Shown: positions 31,331 through 41,114 of the stretch, one piece after another
Position numbering within the stretch: position 1 is the stretch's first letter
Layout of the letters: each line of letters begins with the position of its first letter
From: an uncultured Candidatus Saccharibacteria bacterium
GTDB lineage: Bacteria > Patescibacteriota > Minisyncoccia > Phycocordibacterales > UBA9973
DNA: 64,000 nt
Direction: 5' to 3'
NCBI GenBank assembly: GCA_964423445.1
Contig: CAYREQ010000001.1
Coordinates: 65,732-129,731 of the forward strand
Position numbers and translations under genes: made by a program
The notes under the pieces: model-generated
What the model saw: the letters and a program-made list of their open reading frames with translations, nothing else
The model's database searches: none
Told to the model about the DNA's origin: nothing

Positions 31331-32671
31331 ATGAAAAAAAAGAAAGGATTTATAGATGTAGTAGTAGGCCTCCAATGGGGTGATGAAGGTAAAGGTAAAA
31401 ATATAGATCAACTTCTTTCAAGTAATATTTATTCTGGCGTTGCTCGCTTTCAAGGCGGAGCAAATGCTGGGCATACTTTAAAATACAAAGACACTACATT
31501 TATCGGACACATAGTCCCCTCTGGATGCTTGCATAAAAATATAGATTTATACATAGGCAATGAAGTAGTAGTAGACGTGGTCTCTCTAGTGAAAGAAATC
31601 AAGCAATTAAAAGACCTAGGTTTTGATGTGACTTCTCGCCTTTTCATATCTAATAGAGCAAAACTCGTCTCATATATGCACCCTATTTTAGATGCTGCAG
31701 ATGAGCAGAAAAGAAATAAGTCTGGAAATAAGATAGGTACTACAAATAGAGGTATCGGCCCTGTGTATAGTGATGTAAGGGCTCGTAGAGCACTCCTTTT
31801 AGGAGATGTGCTTTTGCCAGATTTTAATAAAAAATTAGCCAAACTCGCAGAATTTCATATGAATACTTTGAGTATGTATGAAAAACATTATGATTTTAAA
31901 ATTGATCAAAATAAAATAAAAAAAACAAAAGCTGAGTGGGATAAGTCCATGAAAGAATTACAAAAATTAAATATCTGTGACGTATCTGCCTTGGTACAAA
32001 AAAAACTAAAAGAAGGAAAAAATATTTTAGCTGAAGGTGCACAAGCTGTGATGCTGGATATTGATTTCGGAGATTATCCAAATGTCACAAGTAGTAACAC
32101 CTTGCCAGCAAATGTCTGCCTCGGCCTGGGTGTGCCACATACTGCACTTCGTAATATCTATGGAGTCATCAAAGCTTATGTCACCAAAGTGGGTGGAGGT
32201 ACTTTCCCTTCTCGTATAAAAGATGAAAAGATAGAACAGCTTTTTCAAAAAGCTGGAAATGAATTTGGGGCTACTACAGGCCGACCACGTATGTGTGGCT
32301 GGCTAGACCTATTTGCTCTTCGTTATGCGATAGGACTATCTGGTGCAAATAAAATTTTTATAAATAAAGCTGACATCTGCTTGTCAGATAAAATAAAAGT
32401 GGTGACAGGTTATAAAGTAAAAAATAAACAAAAAGAAATAAAGTGTAAAGAATTTCCACTTTATTTGGATGAAGTGAGTAGTGTAATTACAGAAGACATA
32501 GCTGGTTGGGGCGATAAAAATTTTGCAGTATCTAAAAAAGTTAAAGTTTCTAAAGAACTTACTTCATATTTAAAATATATAAAAAATAAACTATCTGATT
32601 TGGATGTAAAAATAATTTCCGTAGGTACAGGTCCAGAGAGAGAACACTATTTCAATTGGGATAAAAACTAA
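31331..32671 (+). CDS. purA: Adenylosuccinate synthetase
   Basis: QWGDEGKGK, GGANAGHT, IGTT.RGIGP, EFGATTGRPR. Confidence 0.97.
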   Translation: MKKKKGFIDVVVGLQWGDEGKGKNIDQLLSSNIYSGVARFQGGANAGHTLKYKDTTFIGHIVPSGCLHKNIDLYIGNEVVVDVVSLVKEIKQLKDLGFDVTSRLFISNRAKLVSYMHPILDAADEQKRNKSGNKIGTTNRGIGPVYSDVRARRALLLGDVLLPDFNKKLAKLAEFHMNTLSMYEKHYDFKIDQNKIKKTKAEWDKSMKELQKLNICDVSALVQKKLKEGKNILAEGAQAVMLDIDFGDYPNVTSSNTLPANVCLGLGVPHTALRNIYGVIKAYVTKVGGGTFPSRIKDEKIEQLFQKAGNEFGATTGRPRMCGWLDLFALRYAIGLSGANKIFINKADICLSDKIKVVTGYKVKNKQKEIKCKEFPLYLDEVSSVITEDIAGWGDKNFAVSKKVKVSKELTSYLKYIKNKLSDLDVKIISVGTGPEREHYFNWDKN

Positions 32672-32708
32672 AAAGTCGGCGTGTCCCAAAGGGATGCCGA
32701 CTTTTTTT
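32671..32708. terminator. Bidirectional terminator
   Basis: AAAAGTCGGC...GCCGACTTTT stem between convergent genes. Confidence 0.85.
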
Positions 32709-32726
32709 GAGCGATATTGCTCGATG

Positions 32727-33245
32727 TCATTTGCTGACTTTTTGGAGGAACTCGTTGTAGCCGAAGCTCGTGGCCTCGAAATCTTTCCAAATTCCGTCCA
32801 GTCCGTAATTATCACGCGACACTTTTTCTTTCGATATATCATAATAGAAAAAGTGTTCTTGGTTTTTTATACCTTTGTAATAACCGTAAACGACAATTCG
32901 ACCATCTCCGCCGTCGCCTTTAGGTCCTTTGCCGAGTGCAAGGAAAGCGTGTCGGTTGCCACGGCTGTCAAAGAAGGTGTACTGCTTGGATCTACCTTCG
33001 TAGATGACGAAACCGTGCTTGACGATGTAGTCATTTAACTTGGCGAAGTTTTCGTTGCCGACCGGAATTTCCTTACTTCTGGAAGCTTCCAAGTTTGCTT
33101 TCTCTAAGTTCTGTTTTTTCTCGAACTCGGAAAGCTTGGGGGCGGTAGGGGTAGTGGCCGGTTTTTGTTCCGCCGAACTATTGCCACCACAACCAACCAA
33201 AACAACGACGAACGATACAACGATTACAAACATTAAATTTCTCAC
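32727..33245 (-). CDS. Orphan lipoprotein-like exported protein
   Basis: VVVLVG-C lipobox-like signal; AGGAG before GTG; TTGACA-17-TATTAT promoter; visibly GC-richer than flanks; start uncertain. Confidence 0.75.
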   Translation of the reverse strand: MRNLMFVIVVSFVVVLVGCGGNSSAEQKPATTPTAPKLSEFEKKQNLEKANLEASRSKEIPVGNENFAKLNDYIVKHGFVIYEGRSKQYTFFDSRGNRHAFLALGKGPKGDGGDGRIVVYGYYKGIKNQEHFFYYDISKEKVSRDNYGLDGIWKDFEATSFGYNEFLQKVSK

Positions 33246-33370
33246 TTTATTTTCTCCTCTCAAATAGAATGAACTCGCCTCATAACAGGCAAATTCTTTT
33301 TAGAATTAGAGCCAGTTATGTAGCTATCTACTTGACATAATAGTATATTTATGTTCTTTTGTCAAATATA

Positions 33371-34645
33371 TTACAGAGCTTTTTTACCTATATCTTTACG
33401 ATACTGCATACCTTCAAATTTTATATCTTCTACGGCTTTATATGCCTTCTTTAGGGCTTCTTCTGGTGTGTTTCCTGTAGCTGAAATGCCGAGAACTCTT
33501 CCCCCATTGGTGACGAGCTCTCTATCTTTTATAGTTGTACCAGCATGAAAGACCACTATGTCTTGATGCATCTCAGCTTTATCTATTCCAGATATCACTT
33601 TCCCTTTTTCATAATTTTCAGGATAGCCACCAGATGCGAGGACTATATTACAAGCTGAAAGTGGTTTCCATTTAATTTCTGTTTTTTCTAGTGTGCCATC
33701 TATGCACGCATCAAAAATATCCAAGATGTCAGAGTCGAGAAGTCGCATATAGCTTTGTGTCTCTGGGTCACCAAAACGCGCATTGTATTCTAGGAGCTTT
33801 GGTCCTGTTTCAGTTAAAATAAGACCTGGGTATAAAATACCCACAAAAGGTGTGCCAGAGTTTGCCATGCCTTTAATTGTCGGAGCTACTATAGTGTCTT
33901 CTATTATTTTAATTAGCTCAGCTGTCACAAAAGGCACAGGAGCTATAGTACCCATGCCTCCAGTATTTAATCCCGTATCCCCTTCAGCCACTTTTTTATG
34001 GTCCTGAGATGTAGGTAATATTTTAAAATTCTTTCCATCAGAAAAAGCATGTATAGATATTTCAGGTCCTGTTAAAAATTCTTCTATCACGACTTCATTT
34101 CCAGCATCACCAAAATTTTTCTTCACCATGATTTCATCCAAGGCATCATTTGCTTCTTCTATTGTCTGGCAAATTATTACACCCTTGCCGAGTGCGAGAC
34201 CACTCGCCTTTACGACGAGTGGAAATTTTTGACGAGTAAGAAAATCTTTTGCATCTTCAACTTTTGTGAAAGTTTTAAATCTAGCAGTCGGTAATCCATG
34301 GTCTGCCATAAAATTTTTAGAAAAAGCTTTTGACCATTCTAGTTTAGAAGCCATCTTGCTCGGCCCCCAAATACGTAGACCTTCTTTCTCAAATTCATCT
34401 ACGATACCGAGAGCTAGTGGATCATCTGGTAGAGCCAGAGTAAGGTCTATCTTCTCTTTCTTTACGAATTCTATAAGTTTTGGAATGTCAGTAGCACTTA
34501 TCGATACATTCATGCCGAGTTTTAAAGTACCTCCATTTCCTGGAGCAAAAAATATATCTCCAGCTTTTGGTGATTGGCGCACTTTCCATCCGACAGCGTG
34601 CTCCCTACCTCCACTACCTATTATTAAAATTTTTAATTTATTCAT
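33371..34645 (-). CDS. purD: Phosphoribosylamine--glycine ligase
   Basis: GSGGREHA, GKGV, QDHK, NTGGMG, EYNARFGDPE, GGRVL. Confidence 0.98.
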   Translation of the reverse strand: MNKLKILIIGSGGREHAVGWKVRQSPKAGDIFFAPGNGGTLKLGMNVSISATDIPKLIEFVKKEKIDLTLALPDDPLALGIVDEFEKEGLRIWGPSKMASKLEWSKAFSKNFMADHGLPTARFKTFTKVEDAKDFLTRQKFPLVVKASGLALGKGVIICQTIEEANDALDEIMVKKNFGDAGNEVVIEEFLTGPEISIHAFSDGKNFKILPTSQDHKKVAEGDTGLNTGGMGTIAPVPFVTAELIKIIEDTIVAPTIKGMANSGTPFVGILYPGLILTETGPKLLEYNARFGDPETQSYMRLLDSDILDIFDACIDGTLEKTEIKWKPLSACNIVLASGGYPENYEKGKVISGIDKAEMHQDIVVFHAGTTIKDRELVTNGGRVLGISATGNTPEEALKKAYKAVEDIKFEGMQYRKDIGKKAL

Positions 34646-35276
34646 GTTTATTGCAAAGTTTTTCTAAAATTTCTACATACAACATATTTTCTTTTTCTTT
34701 TAATCTAAAATACAAAGAATCTACATCATCATTGGGTTCAATTTTTTCAAATACTCTACCGAGCACAGGACCAAAATCAAATTCAAGTGTTAAAAAATGA
34801 ATAGAAGATCCAGCATAAGTATTTTTTAAATCAAAGAAATTTTGGATAGCTTTTGTCGTCAGCATTCCTTTATTCCATAGACCATTTGTACCATCTGGAT
34901 TTTTTACCACAGTATTTACGCTATCAGGTATCAAGCCTGGGTGTAAATTTAAAATTTTATTTGGGTATGAAGTAATTACATTATCTAAAATGATTTGTTT
35001 CCATCCAGCGAGGCATATATAATCTGGGTTCAATTCTTTTAGTATTGCTAATAACCCCTCTTTGGTGGGACAAATTTTAATATTCAAATTGTGTTTTTCA
35101 GCACGCTCGAGCGCCAAAGTCTCTCCCTTATCAGATACTACACTACAAATCTCTGCATCGAGTTTTCCATTTTCTATGGCATCTATAATAGCTTGCAAAT
35201 TTGTTCCAGTACCGGCATCTGAGACCAATACAGCCAATCTTTTTTTATTGCTATTGTTATTTTGTTGGGACGTCAT
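34638..35276 (-). CDS. purN: GAR transformylase
   Basis: GTNLQA, LAGW, LNLHP, IHF...DFGP. Confidence 0.9.
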   Translation of the reverse strand: MTSQQNNNSNKKRLAVLVSDAGTGTNLQAIIDAIENGKLDAEICSVVSDKGETLALERAEKHNLNIKICPTKEGLLAILKELNPDYICLAGWKQIILDNVITSYPNKILNLHPGLIPDSVNTVVKNPDGTNGLWNKGMLTTKAIQNFFDLKNTYAGSSIHFLTLEFDFGPVLGRVFEKIEPNDDVDSLYFRLKEKENMLYVEILEKLCNKHE

Positions 35277-36663
35277 AATTTACTTCGCTCTTACGTTCAA
35301 GTATATCAATAGGATAAACTCCCGTAAAGAAAGAAGTAGATAAGTTTTTCTCTGGTAGGCCTATAGACTCTATTAATCCTTCTAGAGAAAGATAATGCAA
35401 TGAAGTAGCACCTAGATATTTTCTTATTTCTTCAATGGTTTTATTTGAAGCAATAAGATTTTTTTGTTTTGGTGTGTCTATGCCGTAAAAATCTGGAAAA
35501 CGAACCGGAGGAGAAGAAACTAAAAAATGAACTTCTTTTGCCCCAGCTTTAAATAGTGATTGGACCAATCTTTTACTAGTCGTCCCTCTCACTATAGAGT
35601 CATCTATTACTATAATTTTTTTACCTTTGAGTACGCCATTCAATGGTATTAGTTTTAATGCCACACTATTTTGCCTAGATTTTTGTGTAGGCTCTATAAA
35701 AGTTCTATGGACATATCTATTCTTTACCAAAGCCATTTCCATAGGAATACCAGATTCTTCACTGTATCCGATAGCCACAGGCATAGCTGTGTCTGGCACC
35801 GGCACCACGATGTCTACTTTTAATTTAAATTTCTTGAATTCTTTTGCCAGAGCTTTACCAAAATTTTTCCTGACATCATATATTAATTTTCCATTTATTA
35901 CACTGTCTGGTCTCGCGAAATATACATACTCAAAAATATCATGTTTATGAACTTCTTTTGAAAGTTGAAAACTTTTCATACCCTTAGAATTTATCACGAG
36001 CATTTCCCCTGGGCGCACTTCTCTTAGAAACTTTGCACCTATAGTAGAAAGTGCACATGTCTCTGAGGCTACTACATAGCCTTTATCTATTTTACCAAGT
36101 GCGAGTGGGCGCATACCATATGAGTCTCTCACAGCTACTAGTGTGTCTTTGTCCATCATTACCAGTGAGAATGCACCAGTTATCAATGGGAAGATTTTTT
36201 TCACTGCCTCTGGTATTGAAGATCCTTTTTTCATTTCAAAATTTATAGCGTCAGCTATGAGCTCTGAGTCCATACGATTATTTTTCAAAGCTTTATTATC
36301 TTTTAGAAAATTTTCCAATGCTTTTACACTTGGCAAATTACCATTGTGAGCTAGAGCAAAATTGTTTTCTTTATTTATGACAGGTTGAGCATGTTCTAAT
36401 GCTCCACCACCAGATGTGGAATACCTGTTGTGCCCTATTCCCAAGTAACCTTTTAGGCTCTCAATGTCACGTTCTTTGTATACTTGAGATACGAGACCAG
36501 CGCCTTTGTGATTAAAAAACTTTTTTCCGTCACTTGTGGTAATACCGGAAGCTTCTTGTCCTCTGTGCTGTAAGGCAAATAAAGCAAAAAATGCCAATCT
36601 AGAAATAGGTAAGTTCTTACCGTATATACCTACGATTCCACATTTTTCTTTTAATTCATTCAT
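35257..36663 (-). CDS. purF: Amidophosphoribosyltransferase
   Basis: Propeptide then CGIVG, LQHRGQ, HNRYST, HNGN, DDSIVRGTT. Confidence 0.97.
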   Translation of the reverse strand: MNELKEKCGIVGIYGKNLPISRLAFFALFALQHRGQEASGITTSDGKKFFNHKGAGLVSQVYKERDIESLKGYLGIGHNRYSTSGGGALEHAQPVINKENNFALAHNGNLPSVKALENFLKDNKALKNNRMDSELIADAINFEMKKGSSIPEAVKKIFPLITGAFSLVMMDKDTLVAVRDSYGMRPLALGKIDKGYVVASETCALSTIGAKFLREVRPGEMLVINSKGMKSFQLSKEVHKHDIFEYVYFARPDSVINGKLIYDVRKNFGKALAKEFKKFKLKVDIVVPVPDTAMPVAIGYSEESGIPMEMALVKNRYVHRTFIEPTQKSRQNSVALKLIPLNGVLKGKKIIVIDDSIVRGTTSKRLVQSLFKAGAKEVHFLVSSPPVRFPDFYGIDTPKQKNLIASNKTIEEIRKYLGATSLHYLSLEGLIESIGLPEKNLSTSFFTGVYPIDILERKSEVNYDVPTK

Positions 36664-37437
36664 TTACTTAAAATATTTAACTGCGTTTCTAAAAATTTGT
36701 AAGCCTTCACCAACCTTACTCTTCTTCTTGTTTTTCTGCCACAAAGGACTTTGCTGTGGAAACATTGCGCGCTCTGGGTGTGGCATAAGCCCTAAAACTC
36801 TTCCATTATATGCCAAAACCCCAGCAATGTCATAATCTGAGCCATTTGGATTTTTTTCAAGATTTTGGAATTTACAAATTTCTCCTTTCGTATAAGTAAA
36901 AGCAATTTCTCCAAGTTTTTTCATTTGTTCGTATTTATTTTTATCAATTACAAAATGTCCCTCACCGTGTGCTATGGGTACTGATAATTTTTTTATTCCA
37001 GAGAGCCAAGGGCTTTTGCCACTAACTTCCAAGTCCACCCAGCGATCTATATATTTTCCATTTTTATTAAAGGTTAAAGCTCCGGGTAATATCCCTAAGT
37101 TTGTTATTATTTGAAAACCATTACATATACCTATCACCAGAGTATCTCGTGTCAAAAACAGAGCAAGCTCTTTTGATAGGTGATTTTTAAATTTATTAGC
37201 ATATGCTTTTCCACTACCTGTATCGTCGCCATAAGAAAATCCTCCAGGAAAAGCCATGATGTCATAATCCTCTAGCATTTTTGGTTTAGCAATCAAGTCG
37301 TTGATGTGTACGATGTCGGCAACTATAGATTTTTTTTCTTCTCTTCCCGCCCACTCAAAAGCAAACTTTGTCTCTTCTTCGCAGTTGAGTCCATAACCAG
37401 ACAATACTATTACTTTTATTTTATTTTTGTTTTTCAT
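36664..37437 (-). CDS. purQ: FGAM synthase glutaminase subunit
   Basis: GGFSYGD, GICNGFQ, AHGEG, MPHPER; alternative start 37449. Confidence 0.95.
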   Translation of the reverse strand: MKNKNKIKVIVLSGYGLNCEEETKFAFEWAGREEKKSIVADIVHINDLIAKPKMLEDYDIMAFPGGFSYGDDTGSGKAYANKFKNHLSKELALFLTRDTLVIGICNGFQIITNLGILPGALTFNKNGKYIDRWVDLEVSGKSPWLSGIKKLSVPIAHGEGHFVIDKNKYEQMKKLGEIAFTYTKGEICKFQNLEKNPNGSDYDIAGVLAYNGRVLGLMPHPERAMFPQQSPLWQKNKKKSKVGEGLQIFRNAVKYFK

Positions 37438-38122
37438 TTTTTGTATCACTATATGTAAAATCTTTTGTATCTTCGTTTACTTTTGGTCTTACGAAATATA
37501 ATCTCCCATTTTTATTATCAAAATATACATCATCTTCTCCGTAACTGTATTTTTTTGGACCATTAATAACTACAGGTTCAAATCCCAAAATTGAATTTGT
37601 TTCTGTAGACAATAATTTTATTGATTCCACAGAAGCTTCTTTAGAGAAATCATCATCAAAGTAATCTCCACCTACTATGACAGCATCTATTGTACCTCGA
37701 ATACATTTTTCTTTGATTTGATAAAGTGCTTTATCAAATTCAGCTTTAAATGAGCTTGATAATTGATGGCTTTTGTCTTTTTTAAAAGCTATAAAGGCAA
37801 ATGGAGCTTGATGGGTTAAAAAAGAAATATTCTCTCCAGTTTCTTTATCTGTACCTTTGACGACTAATCCTGTGCACCTACTAAACCCCTCTGAAAATTT
37901 ATCTCCATCACTTACATTTGATATTATATATCCAGGATAAGAAGACCATTTTACATTTTCCGGATTTTTTAGGTTAAATTTATGAGGAGGAGTTCCCTCT
38001 AGAAATTCTTCATCTCCTTCTAAAAAATCTTTTCTAGCACTTATACAAACCATAATAGGCTTAGCATCTTTATTTAAATGCTCAAATTTTAAACTATTAA
38101 CTTTTGGTATGGATTCTTGCAT
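37421..38122 (-). CDS. Uncharacterised Cys-His protein, putative CheD/CNF1/YfiH-like fold (paralog A)
   Basis: FSRCTGLVV...ISFLTHQ...IDAVIVGG; clear paralog at 41115-41855; fold call is inference. Confidence 0.6.
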   Translation of the reverse strand: MQESIPKVNSLKFEHLNKDAKPIMVCISARKDFLEGDEEFLEGTPPHKFNLKNPENVKWSSYPGYIISNVSDGDKFSEGFSRCTGLVVKGTDKETGENISFLTHQAPFAFIAFKKDKSHQLSSSFKAEFDKALYQIKEKCIRGTIDAVIVGGDYFDDDFSKEASVESIKLLSTETNSILGFEPVVINGPKKYSYGEDDVYFDNKNGRLYFVRPKVNEDTKDFTYSDTKNEKQK

Positions 38123-38131
38123 ATAGATATT

Positions 38132-41071
38132 TTACTTCATTTTGTTTGAAAAATTATGATAAATTTTGTAAAGGTTTTTGATTTCTGTGTCCACCACCCT
38201 TGTTTTATCTGTAATTATAAATTTACTATCTTTTGTGACTTTTCCTATTTTTGTAATAGCATTTCCTGTCATTATTTTTTCAAAAACTTTTATATTTTTA
38301 GGTGATACTGATACCAAAATTCTACCTTGGCTTTCAGAAAATAATTTTATGTCTGTTTCTTTTGCATTACCCATGAGGTTTTTTATTGAAATATTACATC
38401 CCAGCATTCCACCCACACTAGCCTTCGCTAGTGCTATGGCTAACCCCCCAGAAGTCACAGAAATAGAAGAATTAATAATTTCTTTTTGAATTACTCTTTC
38501 TAATGCTTGATAAGCTTTTATATTTTTTTTCAAACTTACTTTTGGCACATTGTTTCCTGTAGCTCCAAGGATTTTGAAATATTCTCCACCACCTAGCTCA
38601 TCATTTGTCTCACCTATTATATAAATCACATCTCCTATATTTTTAAATTCAGGTGATACAGTTTTATTTAAATCAGGCACTACACTAATGGCAGAAATTA
38701 ATAGTGTGGGGGGTATAGATATCGCCACTGGATTTCCCTTTTCATCGTAACCCTTGAAATCATTAAACATAGAATCTTTTCCAGAAATAAATGGTGTACC
38801 AAACCCTACAGCATAGTCGTAGCAAGCTCTGACTGCCTCTACTAGCTGACCTAATCTTTTTTGATCGTAAGATGAACACCAACAGAAATTATCCAAAATG
38901 GCTATATTTGAAAGTGATCCACCAGAAGCAACACTATTTCTAATAGCAGTATCAATAGCGCAGGCAGCCATATGATAAGTGCTAATGTCTCCATATGAAG
39001 GGAAAAGAGCGGATGAAAGCACAGCTCCTTTTGTAGAGCTGAGGACAGGACGAAAAACTTGGGCATCAGTATTTATTCGTCCAGCCCCTGATAGAGGTTT
39101 TAGTACAGATGAACTTTGTACTTCGTGGTCGTATTGCTCTGAGATAAAAGAAAATCCACTGACGTTTTTATCACCCAATAATTTTTCTAAAATTTTTGTG
39201 TAGTTATTTATTTTTGGAATTTTTGGTTCAGGGTTTTTTTGTTCGACTATGGCTGACATTAGAAATTGTTTTGGTAAGCCATTGTGTAAGAATTCCATAT
39301 CTATGTCCATTATTTTTTTACCACGGTACTCAACTATGCATTTTTTAGAATTGGTAAATTCACCAATTATAGTAGCTTCTACTCCTCTATTTTCCATCAA
39401 TTGTTTAAATATTTTCCATTTATTTTTTGGTACTGACAAAGTCATACGCTCTTGTGATTCCGAAATCCAGATTTCCCATGGTAATAAACCAGGGTATTTT
39501 AGTGGGACTTTTTCTAATTGTACTTTTGCTCCACCAGATTCTTTTGCCATCTCAGCCACAGAACATGATATACCCCCTGCTCCATTGTCTGTGATGCTAC
39601 TATAAAGATTCATCTCTCGTGCTTCTTTTATGATTGCATCACTTAATTTTTTTTGAGTAATTGGGTCTCCTATTTGTACTGCGGTAGCAGGAGAATTTGA
39701 ATCCATCGCCACAGAAGAAAATGTAGCACCATGAATACCATCTCTGCCGACTCTGCCACCTACTACTACGATATAGTCTCCTGCACGAGCCTGTTTTTCA
39801 TGCATGAGTCTACCGTTTAATTTTCTTGGAATAATTCCTACAGTTCCTGCGAAAACTAAAGGTTTACCTCGATATCTATCATCGTATTTTACAAATCCTG
39901 AGAGTGTAGGAATTCCTGAGCAGTTTCCTCCGACATTTATTCCTTTTATAACTCCATCCATAATTCTTTTTGGTGATAGCATTTTATTTTTCAAATTTTT
40001 ATCACGGAAAAGTGGACGATTGTCTTCGGGGTTTCCAAAACAAAATCCATATACATTTGCTACAGGCTTGGCACCAAGCCCAAAACCAATAGTGTCTCTA
40101 TTTACTCCGACGATGCCAGTAATAGCTCCACCAAATGGATCTAATGCAGATGGGCTATTATGAGTCTCTACTTTGTGGGTAATTAAATATTTATCATCAA
40201 AAATTATTCCACCTGAGTTGTCACTAAACACAGAAACACAGAAGTCATTTCTACCTTTTTGTTTTCGTATTAGATTAGTCGCACCTTGGATATATGTCTT
40301 GTATAAGCCAGATTTTATATCATCTATTTGGTTTGCGAATATCGTATGTTTGCAGTGCTCAGACCAAGTCTGTGCTAGAGATTCTAATTCTATGTCTGTA
40401 GGGTCTCGTTTTAGTTTTTTAAAATAATCTCTAATTGTATGCATTGAGTCGAGGTCAAGCGCTAGTGGGCCTCTACGAGTGCCATCTGTATTTTCTATTC
40501 CTTCCCTACCTATTTTTATGAGTTCATCTTCTTTTAAATTTAATTTTACTTTAATTACCGGAGTTTTTTTATCTAAAACTACTTGTGGGATTTTGTTTGG
40601 TAAGCTCGCACCTTTTTTTACGATATTTGATCGCTCTATTAATGGATTGTGTAAAGACAATGCAATTTTTTGAGCATCTTCTGTTTTTATAGAACCAGAT
40701 ACTATGAAAACTTTTGAAGTAAATACTTCAAAGTTGTTTTTATTTTTTAAATGTAATAAATCAGAGATAGTTTCTTTTGTGCTGTGAGCCACATTGTCAG
40801 TGACCCCAGGAAGAAATCCTATTTCAACTATATAAGAAAAACCAGATACACGCGGTATCTGGTCTATAGAAAATTCTTCAAGAATTGGGTTTGTGAGGGC
40901 AGATGCTATTTTAGACAATTCTATATTTTTAAAGTTGTGTTTGATTAAGTAGGATTCGATTATTTGCACTCCTGTAACCTTGCCAGACAATCCAAGGGTA
41001 TTGAAAGATTTCACATACAAATTACCTCGTATGTCTTCCCCTTTAGACTTTACATATATTCGTGAAATCAT
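38132..41071 (-). CDS. purL: FGAM synthase synthetase subunit with N-terminal PurS-like extension
   Basis: QTWSEHCKH, KVETHNSPS, GRDGIHGA, DNGAGG, SESQERM, SGKDS; PGVTDN...NPLIE in the N-terminal region. Confidence 0.95.
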   Translation of the reverse strand: MISRIYVKSKGEDIRGNLYVKSFNTLGLSGKVTGVQIIESYLIKHNFKNIELSKIASALTNPILEEFSIDQIPRVSGFSYIVEIGFLPGVTDNVAHSTKETISDLLHLKNKNNFEVFTSKVFIVSGSIKTEDAQKIALSLHNPLIERSNIVKKGASLPNKIPQVVLDKKTPVIKVKLNLKEDELIKIGREGIENTDGTRRGPLALDLDSMHTIRDYFKKLKRDPTDIELESLAQTWSEHCKHTIFANQIDDIKSGLYKTYIQGATNLIRKQKGRNDFCVSVFSDNSGGIIFDDKYLITHKVETHNSPSALDPFGGAITGIVGVNRDTIGFGLGAKPVANVYGFCFGNPEDNRPLFRDKNLKNKMLSPKRIMDGVIKGINVGGNCSGIPTLSGFVKYDDRYRGKPLVFAGTVGIIPRKLNGRLMHEKQARAGDYIVVVGGRVGRDGIHGATFSSVAMDSNSPATAVQIGDPITQKKLSDAIIKEAREMNLYSSITDNGAGGISCSVAEMAKESGGAKVQLEKVPLKYPGLLPWEIWISESQERMTLSVPKNKWKIFKQLMENRGVEATIIGEFTNSKKCIVEYRGKKIMDIDMEFLHNGLPKQFLMSAIVEQKNPEPKIPKINNYTKILEKLLGDKNVSGFSFISEQYDHEVQSSSVLKPLSGAGRINTDAQVFRPVLSSTKGAVLSSALFPSYGDISTYHMAACAIDTAIRNSVASGGSLSNIAILDNFCWCSSYDQKRLGQLVEAVRACYDYAVGFGTPFISGKDSMFNDFKGYDEKGNPVAISIPPTLLISAISVVPDLNKTVSPEFKNIGDVIYIIGETNDELGGGEYFKILGATGNNVPKVSLKKNIKAYQALERVIQKEIINSSISVTSGGLAIALAKASVGGMLGCNISIKNLMGNAKETDIKLFSESQGRILVSVSPKNIKVFEKIMTGNAITKIGKVTKDSKFIITDKTRVVDTEIKNLYKIYHNFSNKMK

Positions 41072-41114
41072 ATAGGTATATTAATATATATAGAGCTTAA
41101 AGACAAATCAAATT

